DNA of 64,000 nucleotides from a virus: positions 58,713 through 122,712 of IMG/VR virus record IMGVR_UViG_3300020583_000224; one strand, 5' to 3'. The position numbers and the translations under genes were made by a program. The notes beneath the pieces are model-generated. The model saw only the letters and a list, made by a program, of their open reading frames with translations, searched no databases and was not told the DNA's origin. Position 1 is the stretch's first letter, and each line of letters opens with the position of its first letter. This document shows positions 48,731-57,126 of this stretch, one piece after another.

Positions 48731-50227
48731 GTGAGCAACACCATGCAAGACGTGACCGAGGAGACCCTCGCCGCGATCACCAAGGCCCAGACCACGGGCA
48801 TCATGGAAGCCACCGGCTTCTACTCGTACGACCTGTCCGGCCTGATCAGCCTGATTCCGGTGGTCACGCCGTTCCGTGACCACGTCGCCCGCAAGCAGTC
48901 CCCTGACGGGAACCCCTTCGCGATCTGGAGGGCGATCCTCAACCTGACGGACTCGCAGCCCGACGGCTCCATGGGCTTCGACTACGCGGCCAACGAGGTC
49001 ATCGTCTCCGAGCAGGACTTCCAGTCCCGCTACAAGCCGACCGGCTACGCCGGGTTCGTCACCCAGGACGCGTTCGACCTCGCCAAGGGGTACACGGACG
49101 TCTACGCCGAGTCGACGTTCAACACCCTCAACCAGGTCCTGATCATGGACGACCGCAAGATGCTCGGCGCGCAGTCTTTCGCGCTGGCGGCGGCCACCGC
49201 CCCGACGCTGACCCAGCACACGACCGGTGGCACCATCGGCACCGTCACCTCGTACGTCGGCGTCGCTGCCCGTACCGGCAGCGGCTACTACTACGGGTCC
49301 GGCAATAGCCAGGGCGCGAGCAACTCGACCACGTTCGGCTCCGGCACCACCAACTCGATCACCGCGACCACCGCGGCCGTGAGGGGTGCGGTCTGCTACG
49401 ACTGGTTCTACTCGGCCAACGGCACGACCTGGTACTACTACACCACCACCACCGTCAACACGGTGACGATCACCACGCCGATCACGTCGAACAACGCGCT
49501 CCCCACCACCCTGCCCGACCTGCAGCAGACCTGGTGGAAGGGCTCGAACTCCTCCGCGATCCCCACCTACAACGGCTCCGCCGACAACGGTTCGGCCAAC
49601 AGCACCGACTACGACGGATTCCTCTCCAGCCTGTCCGGCGACTACAACACCGCCGGCCAGTGGGTGCAGCCCGGCACCGGCACCACCAACCCGTCGGTGT
49701 GGAACTCGCTCAACGGTGCCGGCCTGACGCTGTCCGGCGGCTCCGTCAACGAGATCGAGAACGACCTGTTCCTGCCGCTGTGGAACCAGGTCAAGTGCTC
49801 CCCGACCGCGCTGATGATGAACGCCGCGCAGGCGCAGGAGATCGCGAACCTCGTGCTCGGCTCGAACTCGGCGACCACGTTCCTGAACACCGACGCCTCG
49901 GGCCGTATCTCGGTCACGGCCGGCGGCCGTGTCGGCGAGCTCGTCAACGCCCCCGCTGGCGGTGTGACGGTGCCGATCGAGGTGCACGTCTCCCTGCCCC
50001 CGGGTACGATCATCGCGCGCTCCGACCGGGTTCCGTTCCCGCAGGCGAACATCAGCTCCGTGCTGGAGTTCCGCACCCTGCGTGACACCGCGCAGTTCGA
50101 CTACGGCATCTCCCGGGTCGCGGGCACCGCCGGTGGCGGGCCAAGGCGTGAATATGAAATCCGCACCATCGGAGCCATGATCAACAGGGCTCCCGTGGCG
50201 GCAGGCGTGCTCAGCAACATTGCCTGA
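48731..50227 (+). CDS. Major capsid protein (by synteny), with Thr-rich insertion
   Basis: Position after protease/scaffold; strong codon bias; followed by a hairpin. Confidence 0.7.
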   Translation: MSNTMQDVTEETLAAITKAQTTGIMEATGFYSYDLSGLISLIPVVTPFRDHVARKQSPDGNPFAIWRAILNLTDSQPDGSMGFDYAANEVIVSEQDFQSRYKPTGYAGFVTQDAFDLAKGYTDVYAESTFNTLNQVLIMDDRKMLGAQSFALAAATAPTLTQHTTGGTIGTVTSYVGVAARTGSGYYYGSGNSQGASNSTTFGSGTTNSITATTAAVRGAVCYDWFYSANGTTWYYYTTTTVNTVTITTPITSNNALPTTLPDLQQTWWKGSNSSAIPTYNGSADNGSANSTDYDGFLSSLSGDYNTAGQWVQPGTGTTNPSVWNSLNGAGLTLSGGSVNEIENDLFLPLWNQVKCSPTALMMNAAQAQEIANLVLGSNSATTFLNTDASGRISVTAGGRVGELVNAPAGGVTVPIEVHVSLPPGTIIARSDRVPFPQANISSVLEFRTLRDTAQFDYGISRVAGTAGGGPRREYEIRTIGAMINRAPVAAGVLSNIA

Positions 50228-50246
50228 GTAACCACATACTGATACA

Positions 50247-50276
50247 CCCGGCCGAGAGTGGTCACTCTCGGCCGGG
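50247..50276 (+). terminator. Strong hairpin after the capsid gene
   Basis: CCCGGCCGAGAGTG-GT-CACTCTCGGCCGGG. Confidence 0.55.
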
Positions 50277-50349
50277 GGCTGCCCGGGGGCACCGCCGCCC
50301 GGCATCACCCCGTCGAGGCCGCGCGGCCTCTCCAGGCCGGAGGTTCCCT

Positions 50350-51033
50350 ATGCCCATCAACCAGATCGTCACCGGTGGCCCGAACGGACTGCTCGCAGTC
50401 GAGACCGTCGGCGACGCCATGCAGGGCCCGCTCACCCTCGACAACCAGGCCACCGCGCCCGCCGCAGCGGCAGGCGGCGCAGTGCTGTACGCGACGGGCG
50501 GCGTAGTCACCTACATCAACCCGCAGGGCCTGGTGAACACGATCGTCGGCTCCCAGGGCGGCCTGACCGCTGCCGGGTCCGCGATCACGACCACGACCTC
50601 GGAGACTGTGCTCCAGTCGATGAGCCTGCCCGCGAACGACGCGATCGCGGGCGCGGTGTACAAGATGGCCGGCTGGGGCGTGTTCTCTTCGACGGCCAGC
50701 CCGGGCAACACGGTGTTCACGCTGAGGCTCGGCGGCGTTGCGGGCACGTCGCTGGCGGCGAGCGCGAACATCGCGCTGACGGCTTCGCTGACGAACGCGC
50801 AGTTCAACTACGAGGCGCGGCTGAATTTCCTGTCGCCGACCTCGGTGACGTGCGACCTGGAGATCACGCTCAACACCGCTGCGGGTGGCGCGGCGTCGGA
50901 GTTCCTGGTGGCTTCGACGGCTGCGGTGACGGTGTCGCTGTCGACGGCGAAGGCGTGGGTTCTGGACATCACGCCGGGTGCGTCCGGCAACTCCATCCAG
51001 CTGCTCGGCGGGTGGACGGAAAGGGTCGCATAA
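50350..51033 (+). CDS. Virion structural/decoration protein
   Basis: Beta-rich T/S/A/G composition; position. Confidence 0.55.
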   Translation: MPINQIVTGGPNGLLAVETVGDAMQGPLTLDNQATAPAAAAGGAVLYATGGVVTYINPQGLVNTIVGSQGGLTAAGSAITTTTSETVLQSMSLPANDAIAGAVYKMAGWGVFSSTASPGNTVFTLRLGGVAGTSLAASANIALTASLTNAQFNYEARLNFLSPTSVTCDLEITLNTAAGGAASEFLVASTAAVTVSLSTAKAWVLDITPGASGNSIQLLGGWTERVA

Positions 51034-51112
51034 TCATACATTGACAGGCCGGAAGCGGTGATCGTTTCCGGCCTGCCTCTCGCCCGAACTACTACGATCA
51101 AGGGAGCGCTCG

Positions 51113-51559
51113 ATGCGCCTTTACAACACTGAGGGCGCGACCCAGGTCGACGACCCCGATTTCGGCACGTTCAAGCCGGACGCGAACGGTGCGTTCGATG
51201 GCCTGCCCGACCCGATGTACGCGAAGCTGCACGGCCGTCCGGGCTGGGAGAACGAGGCGGAGCGCGCGGCCCGACTGGCGGCGGAGCAGATGGAGAAGCT
51301 GCGCGACCCGGCAACGATGCTCGCGGAACTGCAGAAGATGACCGCTGGTCAAGGCGCCTTGGCGTCGCTGCTGGCGACCGCGCTCGGCGTGGGGCAGGCC
51401 CAGTCTGCCGATGCGCCGACGGCGCCGGCCCCGGCCGTTGCTGAGGTGCCGCCGGTCGAACCTGTGGCCAAGTCGGACGAGCCGGAGCAGCCCGCCCCGG
51501 CGCCCGCGAAGTCTTCGCGCGCCTCGAAGAAGGCCGCAGCCACACCGCCTACCGCCTGA
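51113..51559 (+). CDS. Hypothetical head-region protein
   Basis: AAGGGAG RBS; low-complexity tail. Confidence 0.6.
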   Translation: MRLYNTEGATQVDDPDFGTFKPDANGAFDGLPDPMYAKLHGRPGWENEAERAARLAAEQMEKLRDPATMLAELQKMTAGQGALASLLATALGVGQAQSADAPTAPAPAVAEVPPVEPVAKSDEPEQPAPAPAKSSRASKKAAATPPTA

Positions 51560-51595
51560 GGCGGTCCTGGATCCGCGATCCGGCCAGGTCGAAAG

Positions 51596-51645
51596 TGGTA
51601 GAATTCTGACATCAGACCCCGGCGACTGCGTCAACAGTCCCGGGG
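51596..51645 (+). promoter_or_regulatory. Extended -10 promoter plus leader hairpin of the endonuclease gene
   Basis: TG-G-TAGAAT at 51596-51604; CCCCGG-c-GACTG/CAGTC-CCGGGG hairpin. Confidence 0.6.
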
Positions 51646-51673
51646 CGTGGCCGACCTGAGGGAACAGGACGAC

Positions 51674-52687
51674 ATGGCAAAGGGTACATGCAGCATTGAT
51701 GGCTGCGACAGGCCGAGACGCTCACGCGGCTGGTGCGTGATGCACTATGACAGGTGGCGCAGACACGGCGACCCCGAGGTGCTCCTTCGAGAAGCTGATG
51801 CCTGCGCCTTTCACGACTGCGAGCGGCAGCGGAAGACGCACGGGTACTGCTACACCCACTACCGGCAGGTCAAAGCTGGCGCGCCGCTCCGGCCGATCGG
51901 CAGCCCGAAGCCCAAGCGGTTGTGCTCGATCGACGAATGCGGAAGTCCGCATGTGGGCCTCGGATACTGCAACATGCACCTTCTGCGTCTGCGCCTACAC
52001 GGGAATGTCGACCACGTCAGAAGGCCAGAAGATGCTCACAGGAAGTACACGCTTGATGCGGCATTCTTCGAGCAGATTCGAACCGAGGCGCAGGCGTACT
52101 GGCTCGGATTCGTTACGGCCGACGGCTGCGTCTCTCAGTCGCCCCGAACGAACACGCTGATCGTGACCTTGCAGTTGCGCGATGTTGACCACCTTGTGCG
52201 CATGAACGCGGACCTGGCCTCCGACCGCCCTCTGTACTTTCCGCCGAATAAGGCCGCTGCCACCGCATCCTTCGACTCGCTTCAACTGATCGAAGGCCTG
52301 ATCCGCTTGGGCGTGGGTCCTCGCAAGAGCGGCGTAGTTGAGCCGTGGGACGGGCCAGCCGATCTCATGCCGCACTACTGGCGCGGTTTGTTCGACGGCG
52401 ACGGGACGATTCACAAGGGCAGGCAGTGGGCCGTCGGCATTAGCGGCAGCAGAGCGTGTGTCGAAGGATTTGCGGAATGGGGCCGTTCAGTTAGCGGATC
52501 GCGGGCGCAGTCTCGGCGGGCTCGCGACAGAACGTGGGCCTGGACTCTGTCTGGCAGCCATGGCCCGCAGTCTCTGGCGTCGGCGATGTTCGCCGATACG
52601 ACCGTGTCGCTCGTTCGTAAGCAGCGCATGGCCGACGAGTTGATCTCGGCGACCTTTCCCGCGAGCGGACGGCTGCGGATGACGTAG
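51674..52687 (+). CDS. Free-standing LAGLIDADG homing endonuclease with three N-terminal C-x4-C..C-x2-H repeats
   Basis: [10 protein letters not shown] and [10 protein letters not shown] motifs; CSIDGC...WCVMHY-type repeats. Confidence 0.88.
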   Translation: MAKGTCSIDGCDRPRRSRGWCVMHYDRWRRHGDPEVLLREADACAFHDCERQRKTHGYCYTHYRQVKAGAPLRPIGSPKPKRLCSIDECGSPHVGLGYCNMHLLRLRLHGNVDHVRRPEDAHRKYTLDAAFFEQIRTEAQAYWLGFVTADGCVSQSPRTNTLIVTLQLRDVDHLVRMNADLASDRPLYFPPNKAAATASFDSLQLIEGLIRLGVGPRKSGVVEPWDGPADLMPHYWRGLFDGDGTIHKGRQWAVGISGSRACVEGFAEWGRSVSGSRAQSRRARDRTWAWTLSGSHGPQSLASAMFADTTVSLVRKQRMADELISATFPASGRLRMT

Positions 52688-52705
52688 AAACTTGGGGGTG
52701 CCACG

Positions 52706-53683
52706 ATGCCCCTCGGCACTCCGTATATCAACCAGCAGACGCTGAATGATGCGGCCACGGGCGTTTCCTGGTCGTCTATCCCCACTCCCCAGGCGCCACT
52801 GCCAGCACAGGAAGCCGAGCAACTGGCGATCTGCTGGCGTGCAACTTCGATAGTTGATACATACTGCCACCAGGTTCTCCGCGCGACGGTCGCCAACGAG
52901 CAGCTGACCGGCCCTGGCGCCCCGCGCTTCGGCTTCATGCCGGGCACGGACCAGTTCATGTTGACGATGCGCCAGTGGCCGATTTCGGCGATTCTGGCGA
53001 TCCAGTACGCCTACAACCGGCCTCCGCTGACGTGGTCAACGGCGCCTTCGACGTCGTATCTGATCAACCATCCGCTGGTGGGGGAGTACACGGATACGGC
53101 GTCGGCGACGGCGCCGGATGGCGGCTGGTCGATTCAGTTGGATCCGTGCGGGATCGGTTCGTCGTCGGGCGTGTTCGGTGGGCGCCTGGTGCGCGGCCGC
53201 TGGCGCCGCAACCATCTGCGGCTGTTGGTGTCGTACACGAACGGCTGGCCGCACGCGTCGTTGACGTCGCCGGCCGCGGCGGGCGCTTCGACGATCTCCG
53301 TGGATGACGTGACGGGATGGGTGGGCGCGTCGGGTTTCGCGTATGACGGTTCGGCGACGGAGCAGGTTGCAGCCACGGCAGTCTCGGGGGCTTCGCCACT
53401 GGCGTTGCCGAACGGCGTGGGCACGGCGCAGACGGGTCCGGGCACGGTCACTCTGTCGTCGCCGCTGTCGTATGCGCATGGCACCGGCACCCTGGTCTCG
53501 GCGCTGCCTGCGAACGTGATGCAGGCGACGATTCTGGTGGCGACGTCGCAGGTGCTGGATTCGGGGATCGAGTCGATCAGCGCGCAGACCTTGTCAGGTT
53601 CGACGTCGCTGGGCGGCAAGGGTGTGTCGGATCTGATCGGGCAGATCAAGGATCTGCTGGACCCGTACCGGCGGGTGATCTAG
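52706..53683 (+). CDS. Head-tail adaptor-like protein
   Basis: RATSIVDTYCHQ, VSYTNGW, P.NVMQA, LLDPYRR. Confidence 0.7.
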   Translation: MPLGTPYINQQTLNDAATGVSWSSIPTPQAPLPAQEAEQLAICWRATSIVDTYCHQVLRATVANEQLTGPGAPRFGFMPGTDQFMLTMRQWPISAILAIQYAYNRPPLTWSTAPSTSYLINHPLVGEYTDTASATAPDGGWSIQLDPCGIGSSSGVFGGRLVRGRWRRNHLRLLVSYTNGWPHASLTSPAAAGASTISVDDVTGWVGASGFAYDGSATEQVAATAVSGASPLALPNGVGTAQTGPGTVTLSSPLSYAHGTGTLVSALPANVMQATILVATSQVLDSGIESISAQTLSGSTSLGGKGVSDLIGQIKDLLDPYRRVI

Positions 53684-54166
53684 ATTCCTCTCAACTCTGT
53701 GCAACAGTATGTTCACGGCTTGATAGACGGTCTGCAGGTTCCATGGGACGGCATCCCGGCGGTCACCGCTTACATCACCCCGCCGGCGCCGGGCGCGTTC
53801 AACGGTCCGATCGCCCTGATCGCAGGAGCCCGCGCCCAGGCGTCGCGCGAGACGATGCCGCGTGGCGCGGGGTTCAAGAACCTGCTGTGGACGGTTGAGG
53901 TGTACCTGCACTACCAGTCGCCGCCGACCGCGCCCGATCTGGACCAGGTGTTCCCGATCATCGTGGATGCGGTGATGGTGCAGATGTGGACGACGAAGAT
54001 GCCGCTCAAGATCGATGACCCGACGACGGGCTACTCGTCGGCGACGATGTCCGTCGGCGAGCGGTTCACGCTCGATTTCCCGCCAGTGCGTACCGCGAAC
54101 AAGTCGCAGACCTACGTGTACGTCGCCAGGATCCAGTTCGAGGTGAAGGAACTCCTCCAAGCCTGA
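53684..54166 (+). CDS. Tail completion/terminator-like protein (possible ATT start; GTG at 53699)
   Basis: Synteny. Confidence 0.55.
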   Translation: MPLNSVQQYVHGLIDGLQVPWDGIPAVTAYITPPAPGAFNGPIALIAGARAQASRETMPRGAGFKNLLWTVEVYLHYQSPPTAPDLDQVFPIIVDAVMVQMWTTKMPLKIDDPTTGYSSATMSVGERFTLDFPPVRTANKSQTYVYVARIQFEVKELLQA

Positions 54167-54179
54167 TCGGCGGTGGCTC

Positions 54180-54623
54180 GTGGCGTCGGATCCGCTGCTC
54201 GGGATCGGCATGTCGGGGGATTCGTCGAAGCTGAGCGGCCTCGACGTGACCGCAGCCATGGCGGAGTGGGCGAAGACCTGGTCCGTGATGGTCACGGTGG
54301 AACTGGTCGGCGAAGCCCCGGTCGGCAAGGACGAGAACGCGGGACGCCTGCGGGATTCGATCGGCCTGCCGGACATCGAGTCCGGCGGCGGCAAGGTGTC
54401 GATGACGTGGACGTCGGATGTGCCGTACGCAGGGTTCGTGATCGAGGGCACGCAGCCGCATCCGATCTACCCGGTGAATGTGCGGGCGCTGCATTGGGAC
54501 GACGTGTTCGCGGCGCATGTGAATCATCCGGGCACGAAGCCCGACCCGTTTCCGCAGCGCGCGATCGACCGGCTGCTGCCGGAGTTGACGACGTCGCTGG
54601 CCGCGATCTTCAAGGAGCTCTAA
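54180..54623 (+). CDS. HK97 gp10-like neck protein
   Basis: APV....GRLRDSI...YAGFVIEGT.PH.I...VNHPGTKP.PF. Confidence 0.8.
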   Translation: MASDPLLGIGMSGDSSKLSGLDVTAAMAEWAKTWSVMVTVELVGEAPVGKDENAGRLRDSIGLPDIESGGGKVSMTWTSDVPYAGFVIEGTQPHPIYPVNVRALHWDDVFAAHVNHPGTKPDPFPQRAIDRLLPELTTSLAAIFKEL

Positions 54624-54913
54624 TGCCTGCTGCTGCCCGTAAGTCTGCTGATGCCGCTTCCGCCGCTGTCGAGGCTGGGGCCGCGCCTGCGACGGAAGCG
54701 GGGCCGTCGGCGCCGGTGGCCGAAGCGGCGCCCGTCGAGGCGGCGGCCGAGGAGGAGTTCCGGCCGCCGGTGACGGTGGTGTTCCTCGGCCATGCGCAGT
54801 CGTCGGTGGCCGGCGTGGGCCTCGTCGAGCCGGGCGAGCAATACCTGGTGCCCGCGGCGCTCGCGGCCGAGCTGGTGCGCGGCGGCTTGTTCGCGCTGAC
54901 CGAGTCCGCCTGA
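54623..54913 (+). CDS. Small hypothetical protein
   Basis: TAATG coupling to the upstream gene. Confidence 0.55.
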   Translation: MPAAARKSADAASAAVEAGAAPATEAGPSAPVAEAAPVEAAAEEEFRPPVTVVFLGHAQSSVAGVGLVEPGEQYLVPAALAAELVRGGLFALTESA

Positions 54914-54932
54914 CGTTCGGTCCGATCCGTTT

Positions 54933-54958
54933 CGACCCCGCCGTGTGCGGGGTTTTTG
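54933..54958 (+). terminator. Intrinsic terminator
   Basis: ACCCCGC-CGTGT-GCGGGGT followed by TTTT. Confidence 0.65.
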
Positions 54959-55023
54959 TCTTTCTCGCCCTGCGCTGCTTGGCGAGCAGTTCCTGATGCC
55001 CTGAGCGCAGAAAGGCGGCCAGC

Positions 55024-56265
55024 ATGACCACGGCGGTGACAGCCAAGTTCGGTGCGATGTCCGACACCGGCATGGTGCAGGAGGCGGTGTTCGGTCAGCC
55101 GTTGTCGGCGAAGACGTATTTCCCGATGACCGGCAACGGCATGAACATCGACCCGGGCCTGTTCTCCCCGAAGCTGATGTTCGGGCACCGTGACGCGAAC
55201 AGCTTCGCGCTGAACGGCCAGTTCAAGAACGCGGGCACGCTTGCGGGTCCGGTGTGGCCGACGAACGCCGCGAGCCTGATTCCGGGTGCGATCGGCCCGG
55301 ACGCGCAGCCCGGGTACGGGGTGACGGGTACGGCGGGCACGGGTTCGACGACCCTGTCGGCGTCGTCGGCGGCGAACGCGACGTCGGTGACGGTGACTTC
55401 GGCGACGGGCTTCACGGTCGGGCAGATCGTGCAGATCGACATCAACAACACTGCGACGCCGACGACTGCGGAGTGCCGCAAGATCTCGGCGATCGTGAGC
55501 AACACGCTCACGCTGGATGTGGCGTTGACGTACGCGCACGCGTCCGGGGTGGCGCTGATCGGGGTGCAGGCTCCGGGCACGGGCCTGTTCGCGCATTCGA
55601 TCCAGCAGGCTGTGGCGCTCTCGTCGTACACGATCGAGAAGAACCTGGGCGGTCCGGCGTCGCTGGGCGGCCAGTCGATCCTGTTCGCGGGTTCCCGCGT
55701 GAACAAGCTGTCGATCAACGTGACGGCGACGGACGCCGAGGCGGCATTGTCGGCGGACATGGTGGCGCAGTCGGCGGCGGTGCTGGATTCGCCGACGAAC
55801 CCGGTCGTGATCAACGAGATGCCCTACGTGTTCAGCGAGGGCACGCTGTCGCTGTTCGGGCAGACGGTGGCGCAGGCCTCGGGTTTCACGATGGACATCG
55901 ACAACAAGCTGATCAGCACGTACACGTTCAACGGCAGCCACAACCTGCAGTTCCTGACGCCGGGGATGCTGGAGGTCATGGGCAAGATCGACCTGGTGTG
56001 GCAGTCGTTCGACGACTCGACCTGGGGCTACTGGACTCAGGCGCTGAACGGCGGCCACGGCGTGCTCAGCTTCACCCTCGCGCACCCGACGACCGGCGGC
56101 TCGGTCTCCTTCTCCTGCCCGAACGTGTACATCAAGACGGATGTCGAGGACCCGAAGCCCGAGGACATCGTCATGGAGTCCCTGAACTACCTGGCCTTCC
56201 TGAACCTCGCGACGAACAACACCATCAGCGCGACGATCACCGACTCGTCCTACCTGCCGCTCTGA
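55024..56265 (+). CDS. Major tail tube protein with inserted beta domain
   Basis: SYTIEKN, G.RVNKLSI, FTMDIDNKL; position before the chaperones. Confidence 0.8.
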   Translation: MTTAVTAKFGAMSDTGMVQEAVFGQPLSAKTYFPMTGNGMNIDPGLFSPKLMFGHRDANSFALNGQFKNAGTLAGPVWPTNAASLIPGAIGPDAQPGYGVTGTAGTGSTTLSASSAANATSVTVTSATGFTVGQIVQIDINNTATPTTAECRKISAIVSNTLTLDVALTYAHASGVALIGVQAPGTGLFAHSIQQAVALSSYTIEKNLGGPASLGGQSILFAGSRVNKLSINVTATDAEAALSADMVAQSAAVLDSPTNPVVINEMPYVFSEGTLSLFGQTVAQASGFTMDIDNKLISTYTFNGSHNLQFLTPGMLEVMGKIDLVWQSFDDSTWGYWTQALNGGHGVLSFTLAHPTTGGSVSFSCPNVYIKTDVEDPKPEDIVMESLNYLAFLNLATNNTISATITDSSYLPL

Positions 56266-56331
56266 TCCACCGCCTTCCCGCCGCGCCCGCGCACACCCGT
56301 GCCGGGCGCTTCGCCATCCCTAAGGACAACC

Positions 56332-56928
56332 ATGGGCTTCCTTTCCCGCTACGCCGGTACCGAGAAGGTCGACGTGACCGACCTCGGCCCGGGCGACGGC
56401 ACCGAGTACTGGGTCGAGATCCGCTCCACGCTCTCCGGCGACGAGTGGGACCAGGCGGACGCGCTGCACGTGAAGACCGCCGCGAACATGAAGATGGGCG
56501 GCAAGGCGGCCAAGGCCGCGCGGGCGGCGGCGGCGAAGCGCCGTGCCGCGATGGCGAACGGCAACGGGCAGGTCGAGGACGACGACGACCTGACCGCGCT
56601 GCTCTCCTTCGACACGCGCGCCTACCGGCAGTTCCTGTTCGAGCGCGCGATCGTCGGCTGGAACCTGACGGACCAGTACGGCCGCCCGCTGCCGCTGAAG
56701 GACCCGGACGGCCGCGCGGCGTCGATCCGCGCGCTGCCGGGCGAGGTGCGGGACCGCCTGTATGAACTGATCGAGGCGAACCGGCCGAAGAAGCGCAGCG
56801 CCGACGAGGATGCCGAGTTTCCAGACGATCTGCCGGTCGGCGGCGAGGCGCGGGAAATCGGCTCATCCGCTGATCCAGGAGATCTGGATGCGGGAGATCT
56901 GGTGGTCGCGCACTGGGCTGACAGTTGA
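56332..56928 (+). CDS. Tail assembly chaperone (G-like)
   Basis: AIVGWNLTD..G.PLP; between tube and tape measure genes. Confidence 0.8.
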   Translation: MGFLSRYAGTEKVDVTDLGPGDGTEYWVEIRSTLSGDEWDQADALHVKTAANMKMGGKAAKAARAAAAKRRAAMANGNGQVEDDDDLTALLSFDTRAYRQFLFERAIVGWNLTDQYGRPLPLKDPDGRAASIRALPGEVRDRLYELIEANRPKKRSADEDAEFPDDLPVGGEAREIGSSADPGDLDAGDLVVAHWADS

Positions 56929-57100
56929 GTCTGCACGGTCGCTGTATGACGTGCAGGAGTTCGCGGACGCGTTGACGTTCTGGTCGATCGAGGCCGAGGA
57001 GCGCAACTCCAAGGGTTCGGGTGGCGGCCAGGATCCTGAGGCGGTTGATGCCGCGTTCGCCCGGCTTCCGAGGATCGAGCGGCCTCCGACGGCCGGCTGA
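56819..57100 (+). CDS. Frameshift extension of the tail assembly chaperone (T-like), +1 frame
   Basis: Overlapping ORF starting at GAG TTT CCA and ending just before the tape measure gene. Confidence 0.6.
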   Translation, partial: FQTICRSAARRGKSAHPLIQEIWMREIWWSRTGLTVESARSLYDVQEFADALTFWSIEAEERNSKGSGGGQDPEAVDAAFARLPRIERPPTAG

Positions 57101-57126
57101 CGTGCACGGGGCGGGGGTGGCGCGCC

